A stretch of 54,443 bases of DNA, taken from positions 1 through 54,443 of the forward strand of contig CAZVHU010000002.1 of assembly GCA_964627075.1 (NCBI GenBank), given 5' to 3'. The position numbers and the translations under genes are program-made. Position 1 is the stretch's first letter; every line of letters starts with the position of its first letter. The notes under the pieces were generated by a model that was not told the DNA's origin, did not search any database, and saw only the letters and a list, made by a program, of their open reading frames with translations. The DNA is from an uncultured Enterobacteriaceae bacterium (GTDB taxonomy: Bacteria; Pseudomonadota; Gammaproteobacteria; Burkholderiales; SG8-39). This document shows, in pieces, positions 29,218 to 37,916 of the stretch.

Positions 29218-30255
29218 ATGCGAGTCAAGCCCGCCTGGCAGTGGTTCGAGCAGCTCGACCGGCTGCGCCGGCTGCAGGGCATCGCCATGGACTCGCTCGG
29301 CCTCGGCCCGAGCGAGACGCCGCACCGGATTGCATTCAGCGAGGCCGGCGTGAGGCTCAGGCGCTACGGCGCAGCGGATCCCTCGGCGCCGTTGCTGCTC
29401 ATCGTTCCCGCGCCCATCAAGCGTCCGTACATCTGGGACCTGTCTCCCGAGGCGAGCGCGGTGCGCCGCTGCCTGGACACGGGCATGCAGGTGTGCCTCG
29501 TCGAGTGGCGGGAATGCAGCGAGGATTTCGGACTCGCCGACTTCGGCGCTCGCCTGATACTCGACTGCCTAGAGGCGGCCGGCGCGCGGCAGGCGGTCCT
29601 TGTCGCGCACTCCCTGGGCGGGCTGCTGGCGGCGATCTTCGCCGCGCGGCACCCGGAGCGCGTGCATGGCCTCGCCCTGCTCGCGGCACCGCTGCACTTC
29701 GGCACCGGGGCCGGTGTTCTCGGCTCGATGGCCGGCGAGTTGGATCCTGACGACCTTCCTGCGTCCGTGCCCGGTTCGTTTCTCAGTTCGGCGAGCTTGC
29801 AGGCTTCTCCCCGGACATTCGCTGCGGACCGATGGCTCGACCTGTGGCGCAGCCTGCCGGTGCCCGGGGCCTTGAGAAGCCATTTCCAAGTCGAGCGCTG
29901 GACGCTGGACGAGTTTCCCTTGCCGCGCCGTTTGGTGACGGAGCTCGCGGTTTGGCTGGCACGGGAGGATCGGTTTATGCGCGGCGAACTCGTCATCGAC
30001 GGCTGCTCGGTCTCGCCCGCGCACGTCGCAGCGCCGTTGTTGTGCGTCGTCGACCCGCGCTGCCGCGTCGTCCCGCCCGAATCCGTGTTGCCGTTCTACG
30101 AGGCGGTCGGGAGCCGCGACAAGACGCTGCTGGAGTATCACGGCGACGTCGGGGTATCGCTTCAGCACGTCGGAATCCTCGCGGGACGAGAAGCGCACCG
30201 GCAGCTTTGGCCTCGGATCGTCGATTGGGCAAGGACCCGCGCGCTCGGCTCTTGA
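29218..30255 (+). CDS. Alpha/beta hydrolase with PhaC(class III)-like N-terminal region but a Ser nucleophile
   Basis: Nucleophile elbow AHSLGG (Ser where PHA synthases have Cys). PhaC-like upstream block PLLLIVPAPIKRPYIWDL. Confidence 0.7.
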   Translation: MRVKPAWQWFEQLDRLRRLQGIAMDSLGLGPSETPHRIAFSEAGVRLRRYGAADPSAPLLLIVPAPIKRPYIWDLSPEASAVRRCLDTGMQVCLVEWRECSEDFGLADFGARLILDCLEAAGARQAVLVAHSLGGLLAAIFAARHPERVHGLALLAAPLHFGTGAGVLGSMAGELDPDDLPASVPGSFLSSASLQASPRTFAADRWLDLWRSLPVPGALRSHFQVERWTLDEFPLPRRLVTELAVWLAREDRFMRGELVIDGCSVSPAHVAAPLLCVVDPRCRVVPPESVLPFYEAVGSRDKTLLEYHGDVGVSLQHVGILAGREAHRQLWPRIVDWARTRALGS

Positions 30256-30626
30256 TCAGGAGCTCGATTTGGATGCTCTACGGCGATCCGCGCTGGCAGG
30301 ACCCGCTCGTGGTGCACCGCCGGGGGCTACACGCCGAAGAGCCTCGCGGCCGTGATGGCGGAAGCGGGGCTCGTCAAGCACAGACAGGAAGCGGCGTAAT
30401 TCAAGTTGCGCGAGCCGCGGGACCTGCGGATCGTCGGCGAGAAGCCGGGCGCAGCTACCACGCCAGGCGGCTCCCTGTCCTGGAAGGCGATCACCGGGCG
30501 CTTGCGCTGAATCGGCCATGATCGGCGCGGCGCAACCGCTTGGAGCGCGGCGCGACGGGCGGCACCTTGCGCCCGCTTCATCGCGCCGTCGTAATCCGGC
30601 GCCATTCGGCGTCCGGCTTTGCGATT

Positions 30627-30702
30627 TGGTAGGTCGTGGCGGATTCGAACCGCCGACCAACGGATTAAAAGTCCGCTGCTCTACCAGCTGAGCTAACGAC
30701 CC
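30627..30702 (-). tRNA. tRNA-Lys (anticodon UUU)
   Basis: The reverse complement reads GGGTCGTTAGCTCAGCTGGTAGAGCAGCGGACTTTTAATCCGTTGGTCGGCGGTTCGAATCCGCCACGACCTACCA. It has a cloverleaf, anticodon loop CTTTTAA and an encoded CCA. Confidence 0.9.
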
Positions 30703-30808
30703 GTAAAAGGGACGCGATTTTACCGGGGCGCGAGAGCGAAGGTCAACGAGCGCGCCCTTCCTTGCGTGCGCGCGCTGGAGCGGGCGCGGCGCGCCGCTCA
30801 ACGCGCGC

Positions 30809-31924
30809 CTACGCCTCCCGAGACATCCTCCAGTATTGCCACTTCATCGTCGCCGCGGCGCCCGCCACGATCGCGAGGAAGGTGACGATCGAGCCGAGCG
30901 CGAGCGTGGAAAAGCCGGTGATGCCCTGCCCGACCGTGCAGCCCAGCGCGACGATGCCGCCGAATCCCATGAGGATGCCGCCCACGATGTGCATCGCCGT
31001 GTCCTCGGCGTCGCGGAAGCCCTCCCAGCGGAACTTGCCGGTCGCGAGCGACCAGGCCGCCGAGCCCGCGATCACGCCCGCGGCCGAGGCGATGCCGTAG
31101 GTGACGATCTTCGACTTGTCGGTCCACAGCATCAGGTACTCGAGCGAGAACGCCATCGGCGAGACGAACGAGAACGACTCCATGCGCCCGGTGTTGGTGG
31201 CGACGAACGCCTCCTGCAGCGTCTGCGGGTCTTCCGCGAGGTGCCCGATGACGCCGCTCACGTACCAGCCGCCGACCACGACCAGGCCCGTCACCACGCC
31301 GCCCAGCGTGTAGTCGAAGCTGGCGCGGAAGTCCTTCGAGGCGTACACGTAGGCGAGCAGCCCGCCGCCGAGAAGGAGCGAGAGACCGGCGATCCAGCTT
31401 GTCCTGTCGCCGCCCAGCGCGCGCGCCGCCATGCTCGGGAGGTCCTGCCCGCCGGCGAGCGCGACACTCGCTTTTTCCAGCACCTCGACCCGGAAGGCGC
31501 CGAACAGGCCCCGCAGCGTCATGTAGGAAGCGATGCCGAGGAACACGAACACGATCACGGACTTGAGGTTGCCGCCGCCGATGCGGATCAGCGTCTTCGA
31601 TCCGCAGCCCGAGCCGAGCGTCATGCCGACGCCGAACAGGAACCCGCCCACGAGGTAGGAGAGCCAGGTGAAGTTCGCGCCCTGGTAGATGGACTTGGAC
31701 AGGTCCACGAGCCCGGCGAGGTGCAGCGCGTTGGAGCCCAGGATCGCGACCGCGATCGCGAGCAGCCACATGCGCAGCCGCGACTTGTCGCCCATGTTGA
31801 CCCAGTCGGACACCGCGCCCATGGTGCAGAAGTTGGTCTTTGCGCCCACCGCGCCGAAGACGAAGGCGAGCGCGAACGCGCCCCAGGCGACGTAGGGAGC
31901 GAGCTGTGCGGGAGTCGTTTCCAT
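30809..31924 (-). CDS. YeeE/YedE-family inner-membrane sulfur (thiosulfate) transporter
   Basis: Polytopic membrane protein with conserved Cys-containing half-helices (GAKTNFCTMGA, LGSGCGSKT, VALGCTVGQG) typical of YeeE/TsuA. Confidence 0.8.
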   Translation of the reverse strand: METTPAQLAPYVAWGAFALAFVFGAVGAKTNFCTMGAVSDWVNMGDKSRLRMWLLAIAVAILGSNALHLAGLVDLSKSIYQGANFTWLSYLVGGFLFGVGMTLGSGCGSKTLIRIGGGNLKSVIVFVFLGIASYMTLRGLFGAFRVEVLEKASVALAGGQDLPSMAARALGGDRTSWIAGLSLLLGGGLLAYVYASKDFRASFDYTLGGVVTGLVVVGGWYVSGVIGHLAEDPQTLQEAFVATNTGRMESFSFVSPMAFSLEYLMLWTDKSKIVTYGIASAAGVIAGSAAWSLATGKFRWEGFRDAEDTAMHIVGGILMGFGGIVALGCTVGQGITGFSTLALGSIVTFLAIVAGAAATMKWQYWRMSREA

Positions 31925-31944
31925 AGGCGGGCGCGGAAAGTAAA

Positions 31945-31967
31945 AGTGTAAAGTATGACTTTACACT
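31945..31967. repeat. AT-rich perfect palindrome, copy 2 (AGTGTAAAGT-ATG-ACTTTACACT); probable terminator of the tol-pal operon and/or operator upstream of yeeE
   Basis: 10-nt arms identical to the core of 14179..14205. It lies 8 nt after the cpoB stop and 21 nt before the yeeE ATG. The minus-strand 3' flank is U-rich (TTTTACTTTCC). Confidence 0.7.
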
Positions 31968-31974
31968 CGGGGCC

Positions 31975-32799
31975 CTAGCGCTTGCCCGGCGCCGCGGCCG
32001 CCGGCGGCGCGAGCCGCTGCCTGGCGCTCGCCGCGGCGGGGCTTTGCGGGTAGCGCGCCACCAGAGCCTCGAGCGTCTTCTGCGCGCCGCGCCGGTCGCC
32101 CATCGCCTCCTGCGACGAGGCGACGTTGAGCATGGCGTCGGGCGCCTTGGCGTCCTCGGGCCAGGCCGAGAGCACGCGCTGCTGCGCGGCGATCGCCTGC
32201 TTGTAGTCGCGCTGGGCGTAGTGCGCGTTGCCGATCCAGTACTGCGCCGAAGGCGCGAGCTTCGACGACGGATAGGTGACCAGGAACCCCTGGAAGGCGG
32301 AGATCGCGAGCGGGTAGTTGCCGAGCTTGAACTGGTTGAGCGCCGCCTCGTAGGCGCGCGTCTCGGCCTCCGGCACCGACCCCGCGTCAGGCGCCGGCTT
32401 GCCGCCCGGCGCGGCAGCGGCCGCCTCCTTCACCTGCTCGAGCTTGCGAAGGCGCGTATCCACGTCCACGTACAGGTCCTTCTGGCGCTTCTCGGCCCCC
32501 TCCAGCTGGTGCAGCAGCACCTCGACCTGGCCGCGCATCCTGGCGAGGTCCGCCCGCATGGCGTCGATCTGGCCGGCGAGGTCGAGGATCGCGCGCCGGT
32601 CGCCGCTCGCGGCCTCGATCCTCGAAAGGCGCTCGTTCATCGTCTTCTGGTAGGCCTCGAAGCGCTCGCGCAGCTCCTGGATGCGGGCGCGCGCGATGTC
32701 GTCGTCGAACACCGCCGCCCGGCCCGCCGGGACGAATGCGGCCTGCGCGCCGACGAGCAGGACGGCGAGCGCGGCCCGCGCGAGCGGCGCTGCGCGCAT
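31975..32799 (-). CDS. cpoB: Tol-Pal system protein CpoB (YbgF)
   Basis: Signal peptide, N-terminal coiled coil, C-terminal TPR (YEAALNQFKLGNY..AI.AFQGFL..YP.S.LAP.AQYW.G). Last gene of the tol-pal cluster. Confidence 0.85.
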   Translation of the reverse strand: MRAAPLARAALAVLLVGAQAAFVPAGRAAVFDDDIARARIQELRERFEAYQKTMNERLSRIEAASGDRRAILDLAGQIDAMRADLARMRGQVEVLLHQLEGAEKRQKDLYVDVDTRLRKLEQVKEAAAAAPGGKPAPDAGSVPEAETRAYEAALNQFKLGNYPLAISAFQGFLVTYPSSKLAPSAQYWIGNAHYAQRDYKQAIAAQQRVLSAWPEDAKAPDAMLNVASSQEAMGDRRGAQKTLEALVARYPQSPAAASARQRLAPPAAAAPGKR

Positions 32800-33356
32800 C
32801 AATACTCGCCCGAGTAGAGCATGTCGCTGCGGCGGTTCTGCGACCAGGCGGCCTCGTCGCTGCCCTGCGCGCGCGGTTTCTCCTCGCCCAGGCTGACCGC
32901 CTCGATCTGGTCCTCCCGCGCGCCGAGCAGCACGAGCATCCTGCGCACGCCGTCGGAGCGGCGCTGGCCCAGCGCCACGTTGTACTCGCGGCTGCCGCGC
33001 TCGTCGGTGTTGCCCTGGATGAGCATCTTCGCCGAGGGGTTCTCGCGCAGGTACCTGGCGTGCGCCTCGATGAGCGCCTTGTACTCGTCCTTGACGTCGA
33101 ACTTGTCGAAGTCGTAGAAGATCGAGCGCTTGGACAAGATGCTGTTCGGGTCCTTGAGCGCGGCCGCCGATGGCTTGGCGGCCGCCAGGTCCACGCGCGA
33201 CACCCCGCCGGGGGCGACGGGCTTCGCCTGCGCGCCGGCTGGGGTGTCGGCCCCTGGCTGACGCTCCTCGACGCTGGCTGGCTCCTGCTCCTTGTCGGAA
33301 GTGCTGCTGCAGGCGGCCAGCGCCGCCGCGAGAACCACGATCCAAGCTGCACGCAT
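32799..33356 (-). CDS. pal: Peptidoglycan-associated lipoprotein Pal
   Basis: Lipobox LAAC, OmpA-like domain (IFYDFDKFDVK...GNTDERGSREYNVALGQRR). AAGGAG precedes ATG 33356. Confidence 0.9.
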   Translation of the reverse strand: MRAAWIVVLAAALAACSSTSDKEQEPASVEERQPGADTPAGAQAKPVAPGGVSRVDLAAAKPSAAALKDPNSILSKRSIFYDFDKFDVKDEYKALIEAHARYLRENPSAKMLIQGNTDERGSREYNVALGQRRSDGVRRMLVLLGAREDQIEAVSLGEEKPRAQGSDEAAWSQNRRSDMLYSGEY

Positions 33357-33370
33357 GCTGTTTCTCCTTG

Positions 33371-34651
33371 TCACTGGACGAACGGCCCCCAGGCCGGCTC
33401 GCGCACGTCGCCCGCCGAGGTGGTCAGGCGCTGCTTGATGCGGCCGTCCGCGGATACTGCGGACAGCACGCCGCGGCCGTTGATTACGGTGGCGAGCAGG
33501 ATCATGCGGCCGTTGGGCGCGAAAGAGGGCGACTCGTCGCGGTCGCTGTCGGTGAGCACCTGCGCCTGCCGGGTGCCGAGGTCGAGCACCGCGACCTGGA
33601 ACTTGCTGCCGTTGCGGGTGACGTACGCGAGAGTCTTGCCGTTGGCACTGATGCGGGGCGAGACATTATAGCTGCCGTCGAATGTCACGCGCTGGGCGTC
33701 GCCGCCGCCGGCCGGCATGCGGTAGATCTGCGGGCTGCCGCCGCGGTCGGAGGTGAAGTAGAGGCTCTGGCCGTCGGGCGAAAACACCGGCTCGGTGTCG
33801 ATGCCGCTCGAGTTGGTCAGGCGCCGCACGTTGCTGCCGTCGGGATTGATCAGGTAGAGCTGCGAGCCGCCGTCGCGCGACAGCGCCACCGCGAGCTTCG
33901 AGCCGTCGGGCGCCCAGGCAGGGGCCGAGTTGGAGCCCTTGAAATTGGCCGCCACCTGGCGCCTGCCGTCCACGAGCGAATGCACGTATACGACCGGCTT
34001 CTTGTTCTCGAACGAAACGTAGGCGAGGCGCCGGCCGTCGGGCGACCATGTGGGCGAGATGATCGGCTCGAACGAGGCGAGCGCGGTCTCCGCGCCCGCG
34101 CCGTCGGCGTCCGCGACCTGCAGCTCGAACCGGTTGCCGCGCTTCACCACGTAGGCGATGCGCGTGGAGAACACGCCCTTCTCGCCGGCGAGCTTCTCGT
34201 AGATGAAGTCGGCGATGCGGTGCGCGGTCGCGCGCAGCTGCTGGCGGCTCATGGTGAACGCGACACCCGAGAGGTCGGCGGACTTCACGGTGTCGAACAG
34301 CTTGAAGCGCACCTCGAACCTGCCGTCGGGCCGCGCCGCCACCGACCCGAGCACCACCGCATCCGCGAGGCGCGAGCGCCACTCGGCGAAGTTGACGGGC
34401 GAAGCTTCGGTCGGCTGCGGGTTGAGCGGCGGCACCTCGAGCGTGCGGAACAGGCCGCTGCGCTCCAGGTCCGCGCGCACGATCGGCGTGATGCCGGGCG
34501 CGAGCGCGCCTTCGCCGGCGAAGGGCACGATCGCGATCGGGATGCGCTGCACGCCCGGTGCCGTGATCTCGATCGAGAGCTGCGCGTGCGCCGGGGCGAG
34601 AAATCCGGCCGACGTGACGAAAAGCGCGGCGAGCAGCGCCAGGAAACGCAT
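33371..34651 (-). CDS. tolB: Tol-Pal system beta-propeller protein TolB
   Basis: Signal peptide [12 protein letters not shown]...AHA, TolB N-domain, repeated PxWSPDG propeller blades. An alternative TTG start at 34672 overlaps the tolA stop. Confidence 0.9.
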   Translation of the reverse strand: MRFLALLAALFVTSAGFLAPAHAQLSIEITAPGVQRIPIAIVPFAGEGALAPGITPIVRADLERSGLFRTLEVPPLNPQPTEASPVNFAEWRSRLADAVVLGSVAARPDGRFEVRFKLFDTVKSADLSGVAFTMSRQQLRATAHRIADFIYEKLAGEKGVFSTRIAYVVKRGNRFELQVADADGAGAETALASFEPIISPTWSPDGRRLAYVSFENKKPVVYVHSLVDGRRQVAANFKGSNSAPAWAPDGSKLAVALSRDGGSQLYLINPDGSNVRRLTNSSGIDTEPVFSPDGQSLYFTSDRGGSPQIYRMPAGGGDAQRVTFDGSYNVSPRISANGKTLAYVTRNGSKFQVAVLDLGTRQAQVLTDSDRDESPSFAPNGRMILLATVINGRGVLSAVSADGRIKQRLTTSAGDVREPAWGPFVQ

Positions 34652-34668
34652 GGGCGCGATTATAGGGT

Positions 34669-35433
34669 TCAATCCTTCGGCCTGAAGGTCAGACGCAGCT
34701 CGCGGCTGAACAGTTCCGGCCTGTCGGGCTTCGGCAACGGCGAGGACTTGAGGATCGCGCGCTCCACCGCGTCGTCGTAGGCGGCGATGCCGCTCGAGCG
34801 CGCGAGCTTCACCTGCAGCACCTCGCCCGTGGGCAGCTGCACCACGCTGAAAACCGCCTCCGGATTGCCTCTCAGGTCCTGCGGCAGGATCCAGTTGCCG
34901 CGCACCTTGGCGCGGATGCGGCCGACGTACTCCTCGAGCGCGCGCGCGTTGGCGCTCGCGGAATCGCGCGCCAGCTGGTCCCGGATCGCGCGCCGCTCGC
35001 GCTCGATGGCGATGCTCGCCTGCTCGCGGGCAAGCTCCTCGCGCATGCGCTTGTCGGCCTCGTCCACGCGCGGCTTTGCCGGCTCGGCTTTCGCGACCGG
35101 CTTCGGCGCGGGCTTGGGCTTCACCTCTGGCACAGGCTTGGGCTTGGGCGCTTCCTTCACCGCGATGTCGGGCTTCTCGATCACGGGCTCGGGCTTCGGC
35201 GCCGGGGGTGGCGCAGGCGGCTCGGCTTTCGGCTCGGGCCTCGCCACCTTAGCCGGCGGCGGCTCGCTCCAGAGCTCGACCACCACCGAGTGCGGCGGCC
35301 GGCTCTGCCAGCGCACGCCGATGAACAGCACCGCGATGAGCAGCACGTGCACCGCGAGCGCGAGCGCCACCGAGGTCCCGAGGCCCGGGTCGCTGCGCTC
35401 GTCGAACAGCGCGTATGCGGGGGCCGCAGTCAT
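34669..35433 (-). CDS. tolA: Tol-Pal system protein TolA
   Basis: Single N-terminal TM, a Pro/Ala/Lys/Glu-rich helical linker, TonB/TolA C-terminal fold. Correct position between tolR and tolB. Confidence 0.8.
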   Translation of the reverse strand: MTAAPAYALFDERSDPGLGTSVALALAVHVLLIAVLFIGVRWQSRPPHSVVVELWSEPPPAKVARPEPKAEPPAPPPAPKPEPVIEKPDIAVKEAPKPKPVPEVKPKPAPKPVAKAEPAKPRVDEADKRMREELAREQASIAIERERRAIRDQLARDSASANARALEEYVGRIRAKVRGNWILPQDLRGNPEAVFSVVQLPTGEVLQVKLARSSGIAAYDDAVERAILKSSPLPKPDRPELFSRELRLTFRPKD

Positions 35434-35858
35434 TGGAGCGGCTTGACGAGCAGCCCGACCCGGCGCACCTGCTGCTTGTGCAGCTCGTCCATGACATTCA
35501 ACACCGCCTCGTAGCGCACGTTCTTGTCGGCGGCGATCAGCACCGGCTGCTCGGGGTTCTTCTGCTGGCGCTCGCGGATGAGCTTGGCCAGCTCGCCGCG
35601 CGCCACCTTGCGTTCCTCGGCCGCGCCGCCCTTCGCATCGCGGCTGCGAAGCAGCAGCGACTGGTCCTCCTTGATGATCACCTCGAGCGGCGCGACCGGC
35701 GCGGTGGAGGCCTTGGACACGGAGGGCAGCTCGATCAGGCCCGGCGTGACCAGCGGCGCGGTCACCATGAAGATGACGAGCAGCACGAGCATCACGTCAA
35801 CGTAGGGCACGACGTTGATCTCGTGCATCGGTCCGCGCTTGGAGTGCAGCCGGGCCAT
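35430..35858 (-). CDS. tolR: Tol-Pal system protein TolR (ExbD/TolR family)
   Basis: EINVVPYVDVMLVLLVIFMVTAP motif; ATGA overlap with tolA. Confidence 0.9.
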   Translation of the reverse strand: MARLHSKRGPMHEINVVPYVDVMLVLLVIFMVTAPLVTPGLIELPSVSKASTAPVAPLEVIIKEDQSLLLRSRDAKGGAAEERKVARGELAKLIRERQQKNPEQPVLIAADKNVRYEAVLNVMDELHKQQVRRVGLLVKPLQ

Positions 35859-35863
35859 GCGGA

Positions 35864-36544
35864 CTACCTCACCGCTTGCCGCTGCAGGATGTTGGAGAAC
35901 TCCTCCATGAAGCTCTCGAAGCGGATCGCGAGCCGGTCGATGTCGTGCGAGTAGCGGTTGTAGGCGACCACGGCGGGGATCGCTGCAAACAGGCCGATCG
36001 CGGTGGCGATCAGCGCCTCGGCGATTCCGGGCGCGACCAGCGCGAGCGTCGCCTGCTGCACGTTGGCGAGGCTCCTGAAGGCGTGCATGATGCCCCACAC
36101 CGTCCCGAACAGGCCCACGTAGGGGCTCACCGATCCGGTCGAGGCGAGGAACGCGAGGTGGCGCTCGAGGTGGTCCATCTCGCGCTGGTAGGTGGCGCGC
36201 ATGGCGCGGCGCGCGCCGTCCACCATCACCGAGGGTTCGGTGCCGCGCTGGCCTCTCAGCTTGGTGAACTCGCGGTAGCCGGCCTCGAAGATGCGCTCCA
36301 GGCTGCCGATCGAGTGCCGGTTGTTGACCGCGCCCTGGTAGAGCACGTTGATGTCGTTGCCGCTCCAGAATTCGCGCTCGAAGCCCTCGGTCTGCTCGCG
36401 CGCGTGGCGGATCGCGATCCACTTGCGGAAGATGAACATCCAGGACAGGAACGACACCGCCATGAGCAGCAGCATCACCGTCTTGACGACGAACGAGGCG
36501 TTGACGATCAGCGTCCACAGCTCAAGGTCTTGCGTGACGGTCAT
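35864..36544 (-). CDS. tolQ: Tol-Pal system protein TolQ (MotA/TolQ/ExbB channel)
   Basis: Three TM segments and the conserved block LASTGSVSPYVGLFGTVWGIM..F. Start set at ATG 36544, not the GTG 36607 extension. Confidence 0.9.
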   Translation of the reverse strand: MTVTQDLELWTLIVNASFVVKTVMLLLMAVSFLSWMFIFRKWIAIRHAREQTEGFEREFWSGNDINVLYQGAVNNRHSIGSLERIFEAGYREFTKLRGQRGTEPSVMVDGARRAMRATYQREMDHLERHLAFLASTGSVSPYVGLFGTVWGIMHAFRSLANVQQATLALVAPGIAEALIATAIGLFAAIPAVVAYNRYSHDIDRLAIRFESFMEEFSNILQRQAVR

Positions 36545-36612
36545 CGGAGCAGGGGGACCGGGCCCCTTCCGGTAAGAGCGCTCGGGGCCTTCCCGGCCCC
36601 CCCGCACCCCCC
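36541..36612 (-). repeat. GC-rich hairpin element, copy B, ending on the tolQ ATG
   Basis: The reverse complement aligns base for base with 17646..17717 (7 mismatches, concentrated in the loop). Same CTGCTCCGATGA 3' flank. Confidence 0.8.
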
Positions 36613-36635
36613 GGGCGCAGTTTGCGCTAGATGTC

Positions 36636-37055
36636 TCATGTCTGCATGCGCTCCATGTATTCCCCGGGGATCGGCGCCGGGCGGCCGTCGGCGCGTCGCA
36701 GGCACGCGATCTGGACCAGCGCCTCGGCCATCGGCTCGCCGCCGCGCAGCGCGCGCTGGCGCAGCACGGCGTAGCTGCGCTTCCTCTCCGCGACCTCGAC
36801 GGTGACCTCGAGCAGGTCGTCGAGCCTCGCGCCGCGCAGGAAGTCGATCTCGGCGCGCCTCACCACGAACACCAGGCCATGCTCCGCGTCGAGCCGCCGG
36901 TGGTCTGCGCCGAGCGCGCGCAGCCACTCGGTGCGCGCGCGCTCGAAGAAGCGCAGGTAGTTGGCATAGTAGACGACGCCGCCGAAGTCAGTGTCCTCGT
37001 AGTAGACGCGCACCTGCCAGCTGAAAGTCCGCGCCGTTTGCCCGGCCCGCTGCAC
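36636..37055 (-). CDS. ybgC: Tol-Pal-associated acyl-CoA thioesterase YbgC
   Basis: Hotdog-fold 4HBT motif VRVYYEDTDFGGVVYYANYLRFFERAR.EWLR; sits upstream of tolQ. Confidence 0.85.
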   Translation of the reverse strand: MQRAGQTARTFSWQVRVYYEDTDFGGVVYYANYLRFFERARTEWLRALGADHRRLDAEHGLVFVVRRAEIDFLRGARLDDLLEVTVEVAERKRSYAVLRQRALRGGEPMAEALVQIACLRRADGRPAPIPGEYMERMQT

Positions 37056-37075
37056 CGGCGCATTCTAGCCCAGCC

Positions 37076-37906
37076 TCAACGAGGTTTCTTCCAGTCGAAG
37101 CGCTCCGCCGGCAGCCAGCGGTCGATGAGCGGCACGAGCGGCACGCACAGGAACAGCGCCCACAGCAGCCCGTTGGGCTTGTAGAGCGCGTATTGCCACA
37201 GGAAAGCCACGATCGCCACCGCCGCGGCGTGCAGCGCGCGGCCCGAGATCCGGTTCGGGATCGTCATCGGGTCCGAGATCATGAAGAAGGCGAACAGCAG
37301 CAACGCGCCGCTCTGCAATTGGTGCCACAGGATCGCCCAGCTCTTGCCCAGCCAGGCGATGTTCGCGGCGACGAGCCCGAGGTAGAACGCGAGGAACATC
37401 CAGCTCGCGTCCCAGCGCCGCGCGCGCTGCGTCACCAGCCCCCCGAGCGCGATGAACCAGCAGGCGTAGGCGAGATCGTTGCCCCACTGCCCCGGCGAGA
37501 CCCACGCGCCGGGCAGGAGCGCAAGGCCGAGCATCGCGCCGAGGTTGGCCGGGTTGAAGAGGTGCTTGCCGTTCAGCCGCAGGAGGAACTTCGCCGAGAT
37601 CGCCACCGCGGCGGCGAGCGGGTGGGCCCACAGGTTGTCGGCGCGCAGCAGGATCGAGAGCCCGAAGCAGGTGATGACCGCGCTCAGGTAGCCCGCCTTC
37701 GCGAGCCCGAGGCGCCGCACCCAGAACGCCTGCGCCGAGAGCCCTGAGGCGAAGGCGAGCGCCATCTGCTCGGGGCGCAGGCTGAAGTCGCGCCCGAGCA
37801 CCCCGATCGCGAGCAGCGTGGCGAGGAACGCGATCTGGAAGAGGCGCGCGTCCTGCGGCAGCCGCGCTGCGGCGCCGCGGGCAATGGCGAGGACTGCCGA
37901 AGTCAT
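37076..37906 (-). CDS. Polytopic membrane protein of the NqrB/RnfD family (no FMN-attachment motif seen)
   Basis: Family signatures HLFNPANLG and FFMISDPMTIP, ~8 hydrophobic segments. No SGAT/TGAT-type flavinylation motif in the translation. Confidence 0.7.
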   Translation of the reverse strand: MTSAVLAIARGAAARLPQDARLFQIAFLATLLAIGVLGRDFSLRPEQMALAFASGLSAQAFWVRRLGLAKAGYLSAVITCFGLSILLRADNLWAHPLAAAVAISAKFLLRLNGKHLFNPANLGAMLGLALLPGAWVSPGQWGNDLAYACWFIALGGLVTQRARRWDASWMFLAFYLGLVAANIAWLGKSWAILWHQLQSGALLLFAFFMISDPMTIPNRISGRALHAAAVAIVAFLWQYALYKPNGLLWALFLCVPLVPLIDRWLPAERFDWKKPR

Positions 37907-37916
37907 GGCGCGCCCT

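Noticed and set aside
24557-30702. Genomic island integrated at tRNA-Lys (Usp, CheR-like, PolX-like, PRTase, DUF72, hydrolase).
   Set aside because: No integrase or recombinase is present. I could find no direct repeat of the tRNA-Lys 3' end at lower coordinates, and there is no visible compositional shift. The genes are unusual but not demonstrably mobile.
30256-30801. 181-aa minus-strand ORF, and the 92-aa ORF 30327..30605.
   Set aside because: The longer ORF reads straight through tRNA-Lys (…LAQLVEQRTFNPLVGGSNP… is the translated tRNA). The shorter one has no motifs or ribosome-binding site.
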